DNA from: Mycobacteriales bacterium
GTDB lineage: Bacteria > Actinomycetota > Actinomycetes > Mycobacteriales > QHCD01
Direction: 5' to 3'
Length of the DNA: 64,000 bases
Assembly: GCA_040414495.1 (NCBI GenBank)
Contig: JBEDUI010000054.1
Span: 15,253-79,252 of the forward strand
Position numbers and translations under genes: made by a program
In this document: in pieces, positions 63,656 to 64,000 of the stretch
Layout of the letters: each line of letters opens with the position of its first letter
Numbering within the stretch: the stretch's first letter is position 1
Notes under the pieces: model-generated
What the model was told of the DNA's origin: nothing
What the model saw: only the letters and a program-made list of their open reading frames with translations
Databases searched by the model: none

Positions 63656-64000
63656 TCCGCTGGCCGGCATCGCGACGTTTTCTCATTTGTCGCCGGCCGA
63701 ACGCGCCGTGATTTCTGGTACCACCCGGGTCGTGCAATTTCCCGCCGGAGAACGCCTTTTCGACGAAGGAGAGTCGGCGGACGGTTGCTGGCTCATCCAG
63801 GAGGGCCGAATCGCCTTGGATATAGCCGTTCCCGGCCGCGGTGACGTCGTCGTCCAGACGCTGGGCCCGGGCGATCTGCTGGGCTGGTCCTGGCTGGTGG
63901 CGCCATTTCGTTGGCATTTCGGTGCGCGAGCTGTACAGCCGACGACGGCCGTCGCATTCGACACCGCACGGCTCCGGGAACTGGCTGAAGCGGATCCGGC
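63642..64000 (+). CDS. cyclic-nucleotide-binding-domain protein; 3' end runs off the window
   Basis: Own translation: [60 protein letters not shown]...[11 protein letters not shown]. Overlaps the upstream gene by 14 nt. Confidence 0.65.
   Translation, partial: MRTDDPLAGIATFSHLSPAERAVISGTTRVVQFPAGERLFDEGESADGCWLIQEGRIALDIAVPGRGDVVVQTLGPGDLLGWSWLVAPFRWHFGARAVQPTTAVAFDTARLRELAEADP

Noticed and set aside
1-64000. Search for tRNA, rRNA, tmRNA, RNase P RNA, CRISPR repeats, IS elements, integrases, phage or defence-system genes
   Set aside because: No cloverleaf-like GGTTCGAATCC ends, no rRNA-like conserved blocks, no regularly spaced direct repeats and no transposase, integrase or nuclease-like ORFs were seen. 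Absence is by eye only and should be confirmed with tRNAscan-SE, Infernal and ISEScan.

Overview
High-GC (about 70%) actinobacterial chromosomal window with about 65 protein genes. I found no rRNA, tRNA, CRISPR array, transposase or integrase. It falls into three blocks. (1) 0-21 kb is an organosulfur / FMNH2-monooxygenase scavenging region. It holds an SsuD-like LLM monooxygenase, a family-5 (peptide-type) ABC importer and a translationally coupled flavin reductase. It also holds an Rrf2 + DsbA-like pair divergent from an acyl-CoA-dehydrogenase-like / hydrolase / ssuD operon. A ten-gene, tightly coupled operon joins a second SsuD-like monooxygenase to a sugar ABC importer and a split Tm-1-like (UPF0261 + PEP-hydrolase-like TIM barrel) pair. 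(2) 21-43 kb is mixed. Its best single signal is a near-textbook guanidine-III (ykkC-III)-like riboswitch at 23114-23155, placed in front of an 81-aa 3-TM protein that is not an SMR exporter. This block also has a MerR promoter with a 19-bp spacer and dyad, a divergent Zwf paralog, a frameshifted 2-hydroxyacid dehydrogenase, tandem GAF-ANTAR genes, an ECF42-type sigma/YciI pair, a MacB-type exporter and a CtpF-like P-type ATPase. (3) 44-64 kb (plus the ATPase at 39.5 kb) is a dense DosR/DevR-type dormancy island. It contains 3 complete Usp genes (a fourth, partial Usp sits at the left window edge), 2 Acg-type nitroreductases and homologues of Rv2625c, Rv0571c, Rv0079, Rv0569 and Rv1738. It also contains SulP, CBS-BON, FtsH, a class I aldolase, a flavodoxin, a GNAT/ADP-forming acyl-CoA synthetase fusion and the start of a group-3b-like hydrogenase module. 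A GGWCCTT-core 14-mer recurs in its promoters, including a four-box array at 62401-62479. No response regulator is present in the window. All family calls come from reading the translated ORFs and recalled motifs, and no database search was run.
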